From positions 69,222-133,221 of the forward strand of contig CAZYIM010000002.1 in the NCBI GenBank assembly GCA_964647565.1: DNA of 64,000 bases. Reading direction: 5' to 3'. The stretch comes from an uncultured Methanosarcinales archaeon (GTDB lineage: Archaea > Nanobdellota > Nanobdellia > Woesearchaeales > CAZYIM01). Shown in pieces: positions 18,183 to 27,409 of this stretch. The notes below the pieces were generated by a model. It was not told the DNA's origin. It saw nothing but the letters and a program-made list of their open reading frames with translations, and did not search any database. Each line of letters begins with the position of its first letter. Positions within the stretch are counted from its first letter, which is position 1. Position numbers and translations under genes: made by a program.

Positions 18183-19505
18183 TCAGTCTTCACTCAATAG
18201 TTTGTCATATATTATCAATGATGTGACTGTTTCCCCGTGGACTTGGGCGCTGCTGGTTTTGGTGCTTCCGATCTCAGCAAAGGCATATGCGCCAAACAGA
18301 GGTACTGCGCCATGTTTAGCCTTGACAAGCTTGAGTGCTTTTTCCTCTTTTCCTTCCATCAATAATCTTCTGGAGCAGCAGTTGCAGAAAAAAGAAATGC
18401 TAATTTTCTTCTTGTTTTTATTAGCAAGCTTGGCTGCAGAAAGCATATCTGCCATTGTACTAAAAAGGGTTTTTTTATTATACTTTAAGATATTGAGCAC
18501 ACTATTTGTTTGTAATCTGTGAGTGCTGTGCAGGGTCTTGCCATCTGGATTTGGAAATGCGACTTTAATATAACTTGTGTCCTCGAATCCTGGAATAGCA
18601 AAAGGTCTTTTTAGACTAAAGTTTTCAGGATTTTCTAGATAATCCTTTTTAGGTGCCTTGATCAGTCTGCAGTATTCTGCAACAGGCTCCCTGCCATTAA
18701 GTTCCAAAATCTCAAATCCTTTTTTATCCAGTTTAGTTATTACAACATAATCTTTTGTTGTAGAATAGCCGTGCTGAACGCTGATCTCGAAATGAAGGTT
18801 AGAGATAACAAAGACGATGATGCCTGCCTGGTAATAGAGTTTTCCATTGGCAAATTGGAATGAATCTGCATTCTTTACTTTCTGATCTAAAAACTTTTCA
18901 AAATCATAACCTGCGCCCAAGCCAAATATAGGTACATGGGGGCCGGTGCATTCCATGATACCATCTATGAACTTGCTTTCTTCACCACCCAAATACTGGC
19001 CATTTTTCTTGGTTTGACTCGACATTGTGGTGAAAATGAAATAAGGCGGCGTCCTGATGATGTTTCCATAGTTATTCTTCTTGGTCCTGGTGAATTGGAT
19101 ATAAGAATCAATGTAAGTATCGCCATGGACGCTTTCAATAGCAGAGTTTATTGCATTAAAGCCTTTTTTGATTGGATTCTTTAGATAATTCTCAGCTACA
19201 GCAGTACTGAAATGCAGGTATTTGGAGTTTATGCTTAGCACCGATACTTGGAGGTCTGCATCGTAGTCTGTCTTGCTGTTGAACATCTTGTCGATTGATA
19301 AGCCCACCCAATTCTTACCAAGGACTTCATTAATTCCTTTGAGCACTTTTTTAGGATTACAGCTGGAATCAACATAGACAATAGAGAACGTAGGTACATC
19401 GCCACACTCAGTCATGGCTTGCTTGGCTGCTTCTTTTGCAGCCTTGTAAGAATCCTTATCCTTGCTTGTACCAATACCCACAGAAATGCGCTTATTGTTT
19501 GCCAT
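18183..19505 (-). CDS. FIST N/C domain sensory protein, paralog A
   Basis: VPIFGLGAG, HGY, ILELNG.P, FCNCCSRR, GAYAFAEIG motifs. Confidence 0.88.
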   Translation of the reverse strand: MANNKRISVGIGTSKDKDSYKAAKEAAKQAMTECGDVPTFSIVYVDSSCNPKKVLKGINEVLGKNWVGLSIDKMFNSKTDYDADLQVSVLSINSKYLHFSTAVAENYLKNPIKKGFNAINSAIESVHGDTYIDSYIQFTRTKKNNYGNIIRTPPYFIFTTMSSQTKKNGQYLGGEESKFIDGIMECTGPHVPIFGLGAGYDFEKFLDQKVKNADSFQFANGKLYYQAGIIVFVISNLHFEISVQHGYSTTKDYVVITKLDKKGFEILELNGREPVAEYCRLIKAPKKDYLENPENFSLKRPFAIPGFEDTSYIKVAFPNPDGKTLHSTHRLQTNSVLNILKYNKKTLFSTMADMLSAAKLANKNKKKISISFFCNCCSRRLLMEGKEEKALKLVKAKHGAVPLFGAYAFAEIGSTKTSSAQVHGETVTSLIIYDKLLSED

Positions 19506-19574
19506 TTTGACTCAACCTCCTTAAAAACATTTCATATACTTCTGAGTATATAAATTTTGTCTTTGGATAGAAAT

Positions 19575-20894
19575 CTAGTCTTCGCTCAATAGCTTATCAT
19601 ATAAGATTAATGATGTGACCGTCTCTCCGTGAACCTGGGCGCTGCTTGTCTTGGTGCTGCCGATCTCAGAGAATGCATATGCGCCAAAGAATGGAATGCT
19701 TTTATGTTTTGTCTGTACAAGCATAGTCGCCTTCTTTACTGTTTTTCCCATTAATAATCTTCTAGAACAACAATTGCAGAATAAAGCCATTACGATTTTG
19801 TGTGTTCTCTTATTATTTTTCCTGGACTCTGCTAATGTATCGACCATTGATGTATATAATTTTGCTTTTTTGCATTGAAGAATATTCATAATTGTATTGG
19901 GTTTCAGCTTATACGTACAGTATAGGAATCTACCATTGGGTGTCGGGAAGGCTTCTTTGATAAAAGATTCGTTGTCAAGCCCAACTAAGCCCAAGGGTCT
20001 TGTCAAACTATAATCCTCTGGATTCTTTAGAAATTTTTCTTTTGTCACGCCAACTAGCCTGCAATATTCCTTAACAGGTTCTTTTCCATTTAATTCTAGT
20101 ATTTTATGTCCTGTTTTATCTAGCTTTGTTACAATTACAAAATCCTTTGTGAATGAATAACCATGCTCTACACTGATCTCAAAATAAAGATTGGAAATGA
20201 CAAAAACAACAATTCCTGAATCTGTATAAAACCTACCATTGGCAAACTGAAATGACTTTGCAGTTTTCATCTTTGGATTGATGAATTTTTCGAAATCATA
20301 GCCTGAACCTAGTCCAAACATAGGAACATTAGGTCCTGTATATTCAAGAATTCCTTCTAAGAAAGGGATTTCTTCACCACCAATATATTTTCCATCTTTT
20401 TTTATCTGGCTTCTTAGGATAGTAAAAATAAAATATGGAGGGGTCTTGATTATATTTCCATAACTTTTATTTTTTGTTCTTGAGTATTGAACTAAAGCAT
20501 CAATATAGGTTCCGCCTTCCATTGTTTCAACTGCTTTCTTAACAGCTAAAAACGCTTTTTGTTTTGTGTTTTTCTTGTAATTCTCTGAGACTGCAGTATT
20601 AAAACGCAAGTATTTTGATGAAATACAAAGCACAGAAACAGTCAAATCAGGATCATAACCAGTTTCATTATTGAACATCTTGTCCATTGATCCACCCACC
20701 CAATTTTTACCGAGCATTTCATTGATACCCTTGAGCACTTTTTTTGGGTCGCATGCTGAGTTCACATAAACAATAGAAAAACCCGGAATCCGTTCGCATT
20801 TCTTAATAGCTTCTTTTGCTGCTTCTTTTGCAGCCTTGTAAGAATCCTTTTCTTTACTTGTACCGAGTCCAATAGTTATGTATTTTCCAGCCAT
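19575..20894 (-). CDS. FIST N/C domain sensory protein, paralog B
   Basis: Same motifs; collinear with paralog A, with a near-identical C-terminus. Confidence 0.88.
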   Translation of the reverse strand: MAGKYITIGLGTSKEKDSYKAAKEAAKEAIKKCERIPGFSIVYVNSACDPKKVLKGINEMLGKNWVGGSMDKMFNNETGYDPDLTVSVLCISSKYLRFNTAVSENYKKNTKQKAFLAVKKAVETMEGGTYIDALVQYSRTKNKSYGNIIKTPPYFIFTILRSQIKKDGKYIGGEEIPFLEGILEYTGPNVPMFGLGSGYDFEKFINPKMKTAKSFQFANGRFYTDSGIVVFVISNLYFEISVEHGYSFTKDFVIVTKLDKTGHKILELNGKEPVKEYCRLVGVTKEKFLKNPEDYSLTRPLGLVGLDNESFIKEAFPTPNGRFLYCTYKLKPNTIMNILQCKKAKLYTSMVDTLAESRKNNKRTHKIVMALFCNCCSRRLLMGKTVKKATMLVQTKHKSIPFFGAYAFSEIGSTKTSSAQVHGETVTSLILYDKLLSED

Positions 20895-20922
20895 TCTCTT
20901 AACCTCTTTTATTGAAATATAT

Positions 20923-21396
20923 TTATTTGATTATGTACTCAAAATACTGCAGGGTCTTGCCTTTGTTGGTCAGTTCTGCTTCGACATCTTTTTGGAATAG
21001 GAATGAGAATGTGCCCGATAGTACAGCTGGAAGAACATGGAAGGCACCGCCATTGGCTGCCTTTAGAGATGCATCCTGTATCCTGACCAGGCATTTTTTT
21101 TCCTTGTTCTTAAGATCGATGATGGTGAGTTTTCCAAGGCCGAAAGTCTCGAATATGTATGAGATGTTTCTTAGCATTCCTTCTTCCCCGCTTCCTACTT
21201 TCCTGGCATAATCCTCAACATCCTTCTTGATAGAGTTCTTAATGATTTTATGAGCCTTGCCTGGTTCCATCTTCTGCAGGTCTGCAATCACATCGCTTGG
21301 AAGCATGATCTGTCTCTTCCCAAGAACTTCTATCTTGCCATCTATCATCAGAAATTGTCTGGCAAAAAGCAGTTTTTTTAAAAAAGCAGAGAGCAT
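20923..21396 (-). CDS. V4R-like domain protein
   Basis: G.IEVLG.R.IMLP, FGLGKL, GTFS.LF.KDV..E motifs; adjacent to KaiC. Confidence 0.7.
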   Translation of the reverse strand: MLSAFLKKLLFARQFLMIDGKIEVLGKRQIMLPSDVIADLQKMEPGKAHKIIKNSIKKDVEDYARKVGSGEEGMLRNISYIFETFGLGKLTIIDLKNKEKKCLVRIQDASLKAANGGAFHVLPAVLSGTFSFLFQKDVEAELTNKGKTLQYFEYIIK

Positions 21397-21444
21397 ATTA
21401 TTGATTCACCTATTCCAATATAAATAATTTTCCCCCGGATGAAA

Positions 21445-22143
21445 TTAAAATTTGGATTTTAAGACTTTCATGCCGCCCTTGGCTAAAGAAAGAGGCACCG
21501 GACCTTTGACATGGTCGCTTCTCCTTACTTTTATGACCCGAACAGCCCTGTCTGACTCGCCGCCCAGACCTGAATAATATAGGACTATGACTGCATCGCA
21601 GAGAAACTCTTCTACGCCAAATCTCGAAAATCCTCCTGTAAGATCGTTATTCATGGCATTGTTGCTGGCTATCTCAGAGGTCAAGATGGTAGTGCAGTTG
21701 TAGCCTTTTAGGATTTCCCTTATTTTGTAGATCTCCTTTTTCATCTCATAGAGGTCTTCAAATGGCATTGCCAGAGCTGTTAGTGAATCGATGACCAGTC
21801 TTGTCGGCTTAAATTCTTCCATTTGCTCTGAAAGCACATCTAAGAATGATGCTGTATTTTCATAAGGAGGCAGATATGCGAATCTTACTTTTGATCTAAC
21901 TTCAGAAAAATCAAATCCGAGTCCTTTAATATCATTCTTTAACTCATCCTCAGTTTCTTCTAAAGAGATATAAAGGCCTTTTTCACCCTGTTGCTTTGCT
22001 CCATTGTATAGGAACTGCATGCTTAAAAGACTCTTACCTGTTCCAGTCCCGCCGGACAACAGGTTCAATGAGCCTGGCACTAAGCCTCCCCCTATGATTT
22101 TATCAAATCCGGGTATTCCTGATTTAATTCTGTCTGTTGCCAT
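21445..22143 (-). CDS. KaiC/RAD55-like ATPase
   Basis: SGIPGFD...GG, GGTGTGKS, YISLEE, LVIDS, VEEF.CD, K.R motifs. Confidence 0.92.
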   Translation of the reverse strand: MATDRIKSGIPGFDKIIGGGLVPGSLNLLSGGTGTGKSLLSMQFLYNGAKQQGEKGLYISLEETEDELKNDIKGLGFDFSEVRSKVRFAYLPPYENTASFLDVLSEQMEEFKPTRLVIDSLTALAMPFEDLYEMKKEIYKIREILKGYNCTTILTSEIASNNAMNNDLTGGFSRFGVEEFLCDAVIVLYYSGLGGESDRAVRVIKVRRSDHVKGPVPLSLAKGGMKVLKSKF

Positions 22144-22144
22144 T

Positions 22145-22519
22145 TTATTTTATAAAGCTGTCCAATAGATTATCCAGGACTTTCTCTTCTTTTGACATGG
22201 TGGTCTGATAAGTGATTACTACTACCACCAATACAACAATGCTGAATATGAAAAGAATATTAACATATAGTTCGGGTATTATGTTGCTAGTCCGGCTCAA
22301 GTATGCGATCACAATGAAGATCATGAATGCCATGAAGCCCTTGTTAAGGATGGCCATGGATCGCTCTCTTTGCAGCTTGTTCTTCTCGATAAGCACAAAT
22401 ATGAGCTGTTTCTCGACATCAGAAAGCCTTCTCTTTGGAAGTTCAAAAAACCTTTCCACATTCTCCTTTTTTTCAAACTCACTCTTTTTTCCCATCAAGT
22501 TTTTCTTAATGGTATTCAT
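22145..22519 (-). CDS. small membrane protein with two TM helices
   Basis: Two hydrophobic helices; 1-nt gap to the KaiC gene. Confidence 0.75.
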   Translation of the reverse strand: MNTIKKNLMGKKSEFEKKENVERFFELPKRRLSDVEKQLIFVLIEKNKLQRERSMAILNKGFMAFMIFIVIAYLSRTSNIIPELYVNILFIFSIVVLVVVVITYQTTMSKEEKVLDNLLDSFIK

Positions 22520-22553
22520 ATATAAAGTTATTGCTTAATTGAGAAGTAAATAA

Positions 22554-22627
22554 TAGCACTATCACTGGACACGTAGGAATTAGTGTTGCTGGTGTCCCTT
22601 GTAGTGTTGGCGCACTACCACTGGACA
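22554..22627. promoter_or_regulatory. 16-nt direct repeat with alternative pseudoknot/hairpin potential
   Basis: GCACTA(T/C)CACTGGACA at 22556 and 22612; complementary TAGTGT and GTGTCC lie between them. Confidence 0.5.
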
Positions 22628-22670
22628 ATCTCGCGTGAGCTATTTAAAGCCTAAAATCCGGAAATCTATT

Positions 22671-23795
22671 ATGGACGTGCTTGAAAAGATTCAGATTCTC
22701 GGTGCTGGCGGCAAGTTTGACACCTGCTCCAGTTCCTCTACCAAGCATAAAGTCAAAACAACAGATAGATTGGGTCTTGCTAGTCAGGCTGGCCTCTGCC
22801 AGACCTTCACCCCCGACGGCAGGTGTGTCAGCCTATTCAAGACTCTTATGACCAATGTTTGTTCACATGACTGTAACTATTGCCAGAATTCTTCAAACTG
22901 CAAGAAGAAAACAGCCAGTTTTCAACCCCAAGAACTTACCAAGGTCTTCATGACTCTCTTTGTTAGAAACTATGTAGAAGGCTTATTCCTTAGCTCAGGT
23001 ATTGCAGGTGATGCTGATAGGACCACAGAAAAGATGATTGAAACAGTCCAGTTGCTAAGAGATAAATATAAGTTTGCAGGTTATGTACATTTCAAAGTTC
23101 TGCCTGGTACTAGCAAGGAACTCATCAAACAGGCTTCTAAATATGCAGACAGGTTGTCTATAAATCTTGAAGCGCCTAATAAATCGAGGTTGGCAGAAAT
23201 CACATCAGTCAAAGATTTCAAGATAGATATCATCCGAAGACAGAGCTGGATCAAGAAGATAAAACCTCCTGGTGGCCAAACAACACAGATGGTGATCGGT
23301 GCTGTTGGCGAAACTGATATGGAGGTCATCAAGATGCTTAACTGGGAATATGAAAACATGGACCTGAAAAGAGGATATTTCAGTGCTTTTATCCCCCAAC
23401 ATAACACTCCTTTAGAGACTAATTCTAGAGCTCCCTTGGAGCGTGAGAGACGGCTGTATAATGTCGATTGGCTTCTTAGGATTTACGGGTTGCCTTTTTC
23501 TGAGATAAGAGATATAACAGACAAGGGTATGCTTCCGCAAGAAGACCCCAAAATAGCTTTAGCCCGGAACTTCTTCGATGGTCCGATCGACATTAACCAG
23601 GCCTCTCGTGATGAACTGATTAGAGTTCCTGGTATTGGCCCAATAGGTGTGCATAGAATATTGCAGTTCAGGAAACAGGGTAATCGGTTTAGGAAATATG
23701 AACAGTTGCATAATATTGGCATTGTTATGAAGAGGGCCAAGCCATTCCTGAATGTTGATGGCAAAGTACAGAAAACCTTGAGGTGTTTTGCATGA
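22671..23795 (+). CDS. putative DNA modification/repair radical SAM protein with HhH (TIGR03916-like)
   Basis: DGRCVSLFK, CSHDCNYC, YVEGLFLSSG, GQTTQ, RE.RLY.DWLLR.YG and HhH RVPGIG motifs. Confidence 0.9.
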   Translation: MDVLEKIQILGAGGKFDTCSSSSTKHKVKTTDRLGLASQAGLCQTFTPDGRCVSLFKTLMTNVCSHDCNYCQNSSNCKKKTASFQPQELTKVFMTLFVRNYVEGLFLSSGIAGDADRTTEKMIETVQLLRDKYKFAGYVHFKVLPGTSKELIKQASKYADRLSINLEAPNKSRLAEITSVKDFKIDIIRRQSWIKKIKPPGGQTTQMVIGAVGETDMEVIKMLNWEYENMDLKRGYFSAFIPQHNTPLETNSRAPLERERRLYNVDWLLRIYGLPFSEIRDITDKGMLPQEDPKIALARNFFDGPIDINQASRDELIRVPGIGPIGVHRILQFRKQGNRFRKYEQLHNIGIVMKRAKPFLNVDGKVQKTLRCFA

Positions 23796-24346
23796 CCTGT
23801 TCGCCATATATGTCATTACAAAGCCGGAAGAATGACAAGCAGATATTGGCTGCCACAGATGAATCCCGAAAAGACTATCTTGAACGCGGCAAGGAGTCCA
23901 AAAGATATGGCAGGACATTGCTGGGTGTCAGGTTTGAAGTCTCAAGGCACGGCATCTTGTACTCTAAGATTGAGACTTCTGAGAACATCGAGTTTGTGCT
24001 CGGATTCTATTCCAACCGCTTCCCTCTTTTTCTGATAGTATTGCAGACAACAGAGGGCTGCTATATGAAAGAATATGAGCAGGGTATCATCTATGTCAAG
24101 GGCAAGCAGCTAAAAGAGCTTATCCCCCAGCTTGAAAAAGAGATGCCAGTCAACCCTATCCTTGAGGACCTGGAGGATTATTCAGATGAGATCTGGCACA
24201 CATATTATGATAACCAGTTCATCGAAGAAAGATACAACAAGAAACATTTTATGAGGTTCATTCCAAAATACCAGCTGAAAAAAGAGAGTTTCAGGCATGA
24301 GAGATTTGTGCTGACAAGATGTAAGAGTTTGAAAGAATTTGAATAA
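23783..24346 (+). CDS. DUF4130/TIGR03915-like partner protein
   Basis: G.RF, F..RFP, W..YY...I.ER.N......PK motifs; overlaps the radical SAM gene. Confidence 0.7.
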   Translation: MFCMTCSPYMSLQSRKNDKQILAATDESRKDYLERGKESKRYGRTLLGVRFEVSRHGILYSKIETSENIEFVLGFYSNRFPLFLIVLQTTEGCYMKEYEQGIIYVKGKQLKELIPQLEKEMPVNPILEDLEDYSDEIWHTYYDNQFIEERYNKKHFMRFIPKYQLKKESFRHERFVLTRCKSLKEFE

Positions 24347-24430
24347 ACTTAAGTAATATTTACTGAATTCTTTATTATTAAGTAGTTACAATCGTAATAC
24401 TTAAATATACCTTTTATTTACCTATTATAT

Positions 24431-25852
24431 ATGAACGAATTAAAAAAGTATGAAGAAAAAGAATTTTTCCTGGATATACCCTTGCTGCTAAAAAAGGACC
24501 TTTTATCAACTGTCTTTCCAGATCTATTGCCTGATGTTGAAACGATCAGGAAGATTGACTATCCTCTTTTTGAGAAACTAAATAGGGTCTATCTTGATAC
24601 AACGGCAACAAGCCAGGATCCGTTGACAGTAAGAAAACAGTTCAGAGAATATCAGGATACTCATTTAAGGGGCAGCAACCACTCCAAGAACTCAGCTGAG
24701 GCCAGGGAAGCCCAGAAGATGTATGAGCAGTCCAAGGCGCGGCTAAAGCAATTCTTCAATGCCTCTAACTATCTTATCGGATTTACATCAGCAACAACAG
24801 ACACATCTAACTGTGTTGCCTTTCATTTTCCATTCAAGAAAGGCGATCTCGCATTGATAACTGAGATGGAGCACCATTCACAGATGCTTACGTTTAGGGA
24901 AGAGGCTAAGAAAGCCAAGACAAAGGTGAAATATGTCCCATTATCCCTACCCCAAGGACGTATAGATCTTGAAAAGCTCAAGGATATGGTTGACGGCCAT
25001 AAGGACGGTAAGATCCTGCTCAACCTGGTGCATGTCTCAAACGTCAGCGGGGTAATCAATCCTGTCAAGGAAATCCGCCAAATGCTGGGAGACAGGGTCT
25101 ATATATATTTGGACATGGCGCAATCAGCAGGACACATGCCCATAAATCTTGATGATCTTGACGTGGACTTTGCAGGCATATCCTCACACAAGATGTACGG
25201 GCCAGAAGGTGTTGGCGCTATATTTGTCAACAAGAGGAGCGAAAGGATGATGAGCACCAGGAGAAGCGGAGGCAGCGCAGTTAAATTGGTCTCCAGGCTT
25301 TTTACTGCATATGCAGATGCACCTGCCCGTTTTGAACCCGGCACACAGAATATTGAAGGTGCAATAGGCTTGATGTATACTCTTGATTATCTTGATAATA
25401 TCGGTATGGAAAATATCGAGAAGCACGATCGGACTTTAGGTGAGTATTTTATTGGAGAGCTGGACAAGATAAAAGGTGTCAATGTCTATGGACCTAAAGA
25501 TTTTAACCAAAGAGTACCTGTGATCTCTTTTAACATTGGCCATTGGCTTAAGAAGAGCTATGACAATGTTGCCCGGGAATTGGACAGCCGAGGCATAAGT
25601 GTCAGGGACGGGTGCTTCTGCGCACATACTTACACAACCCAGATTATGGGCATTCCTAAAGTCATTCATGAAGGAAGGACTCTTGGCGTGAAGTGCGGAA
25701 TCTCAGATGAAATGCTCAAGCTTCCGGGAGCTGTCAGGGCGTCATTTGCATTCTACAACAACATGACAGATGCTTACAAGTGTGTTATGGCTATAAAAGA
25801 ATTGGCTGCGGGGAATAAATGTTTCACACAAGACAGATCTCGCACAGACTGA
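24431..25852 (+). CDS. SufS-like cysteine desulfurase (class V PLP enzyme)
   Basis: YLDTTATSQ, MEHHS, SSHKMYGP, FEPGT, RDGCFCA, RASF..YN motifs. Confidence 0.88.
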   Translation: MNELKKYEEKEFFLDIPLLLKKDLLSTVFPDLLPDVETIRKIDYPLFEKLNRVYLDTTATSQDPLTVRKQFREYQDTHLRGSNHSKNSAEAREAQKMYEQSKARLKQFFNASNYLIGFTSATTDTSNCVAFHFPFKKGDLALITEMEHHSQMLTFREEAKKAKTKVKYVPLSLPQGRIDLEKLKDMVDGHKDGKILLNLVHVSNVSGVINPVKEIRQMLGDRVYIYLDMAQSAGHMPINLDDLDVDFAGISSHKMYGPEGVGAIFVNKRSERMMSTRRSGGSAVKLVSRLFTAYADAPARFEPGTQNIEGAIGLMYTLDYLDNIGMENIEKHDRTLGEYFIGELDKIKGVNVYGPKDFNQRVPVISFNIGHWLKKSYDNVARELDSRGISVRDGCFCAHTYTTQIMGIPKVIHEGRTLGVKCGISDEMLKLPGAVRASFAFYNNMTDAYKCVMAIKELAAGNKCFTQDRSRTD

Positions 25853-26568
25853 ACCTGGTTAACTCGCGCAAGACAAGAAACAGGGCCAGCGAATTAATAG
25901 GGGCTGTGCAGGTAGAATATAAACGGCTTTATAAGCAGGGTTTTATCAAACCTGAAGGGCGGATTTCTATCAAATCCTTTGGTACTAATGCTGATGCAGG
26001 TTCCAATGAAAAAACAGGTTTTGACATAACTCTGGACTATAAGAGGAACCCTGTTCTTCTGGAGATCGCATATCGGGAGATGATGGCAATAGAGCAGTCT
26101 CTCTTTGGGGTGCTGATTTCTAAAAAGGGCAAGCCTTTGTTTACGCCCTGCAATAATTATCCCACCTATATTATAGACATGCCTCGGCTGGCAACAAAGG
26201 ATTCCTGGAAATTACTGGAAAAACAAGGCTGGTTCCACAGTTGGCGCGGAAGATCAGATGCTATGAAGGACAGGGTTTATGTGGCTGGAGTCATTAAAGT
26301 TGGAGGAAACGGTCGACCCAGTATTTATGATTTTGAAGACGTAAACCTAGTTCAGTTTGGTTCTAATGTTGGTTTTGGAACCTTTGAGACTACATTTAAA
26401 ACTCTTGATATGCAGGCCATCGAAAAGTTCTATTCGCATGTTGATGCTGTATATAAGAAAGGCATGCAAACCAAGAGAGAAGGTCAGGTGAAAGTTGAAA
26501 AACACTTTGATTTGTGTTTGCCGATAAGCCTGGCTGGCAGAGAGTTCGTATTGGAGTATAATGCTTGA
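25819..26568 (+). CDS. hypothetical protein
   Basis: 249-aa ORF overlapping the SufS-like 3' end. Confidence 0.65.
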   Translation: MFHTRQISHRLNLVNSRKTRNRASELIGAVQVEYKRLYKQGFIKPEGRISIKSFGTNADAGSNEKTGFDITLDYKRNPVLLEIAYREMMAIEQSLFGVLISKKGKPLFTPCNNYPTYIIDMPRLATKDSWKLLEKQGWFHSWRGRSDAMKDRVYVAGVIKVGGNGRPSIYDFEDVNLVQFGSNVGFGTFETTFKTLDMQAIEKFYSHVDAVYKKGMQTKREGQVKVEKHFDLCLPISLAGREFVLEYNA

Positions 26569-26701
26569 CACTGAGCCATTTGCTCTTGTTTTTGTCCAAA
26601 AATAGGTGTAACAAAAAGTTCTTATATTATGTTGTTTTTGGTTCTACAAGTATTTATAAACTATTGTTAGTAGGGATTTAAAAAAAACGAGGGAGTTTAA
26701 T

Positions 26702-27409
26702 ATGAAGGAATCTAATTTAGCACCAACTTTTGATTCGATAAAGTTCAGCCAGTTTATTCTGGACAACGATGTCTATGGCTTTTTTGAAAAGCCTATAACC
26801 TTAAAATCAGGAAGAAAATCGCACTATTATGCTAACTGGCGTAAGGTTGTTTCCGATGTCTGGGCAACAGAGAAATTGGCTGAGTTCATATTTGATTATG
26901 CATTAAGCCAATGGATAGACCCTGACACGTATTATGGAGTTCCGGATGGCGCAACTCCTGTTGCAATGGAAGTGCAGAGAACTCTTGCAAAATTATCTGG
27001 TTCTTATGGGCCTGGTTCTCATACTCTTGCAATGGGCAGAGCTGTACCCAAGACGCACGGAGTTCCTAGGGACAGATACTTTGTCTCTGAGCCTCAAGGT
27101 AAGATTGCTATAATTGAAGATGTGACAACTACAGGAGGCAGTATGTTGGAGAGCCTGGATTTTTTAATTGAATCCGGTAAAGATGTTCAATGGGTGATTG
27201 GTCTTACTAACAGGATGGAGCTTAGGGATGACGGCCTAAGTGTCAAGGAAGTTGTAGAAATGAAGGGTGTTGAATATCATGCACTGAGCAATTCAATTGA
27301 TATGCTTCCTAAAGTATATGAGAAGCTTCAACCAGGAGAACACATCGCAAGGGCAATAGAGCAAGAGTTTGAGCAAAACGGTGTTGAACCGCTGAAACTG
27401 CTAAAATGA
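26702..27409 (+). CDS. pyrE: orotate phosphoribosyltransferase
   Basis: LKSGRKS..Y, K.HG, IIEDVTTTGGS motifs; pyr operon context. Confidence 0.88.
   Translation: MKESNLAPTFDSIKFSQFILDNDVYGFFEKPITLKSGRKSHYYANWRKVVSDVWATEKLAEFIFDYALSQWIDPDTYYGVPDGATPVAMEVQRTLAKLSGSYGPGSHTLAMGRAVPKTHGVPRDRYFVSEPQGKIAIIEDVTTTGGSMLESLDFLIESGKDVQWVIGLTNRMELRDDGLSVKEVVEMKGVEYHALSNSIDMLPKVYEKLQPGEHIARAIEQEFEQNGVEPLKLLK

Noticed and set aside
21445..22143. Circadian clock KaiC
   Set aside because: Single ATPase domain and no kaiA/kaiB
24431..25852. DndA of a phosphorothioation system
   Set aside because: No dndC/D/E or ssp genes in the window; motifs are SufS-type
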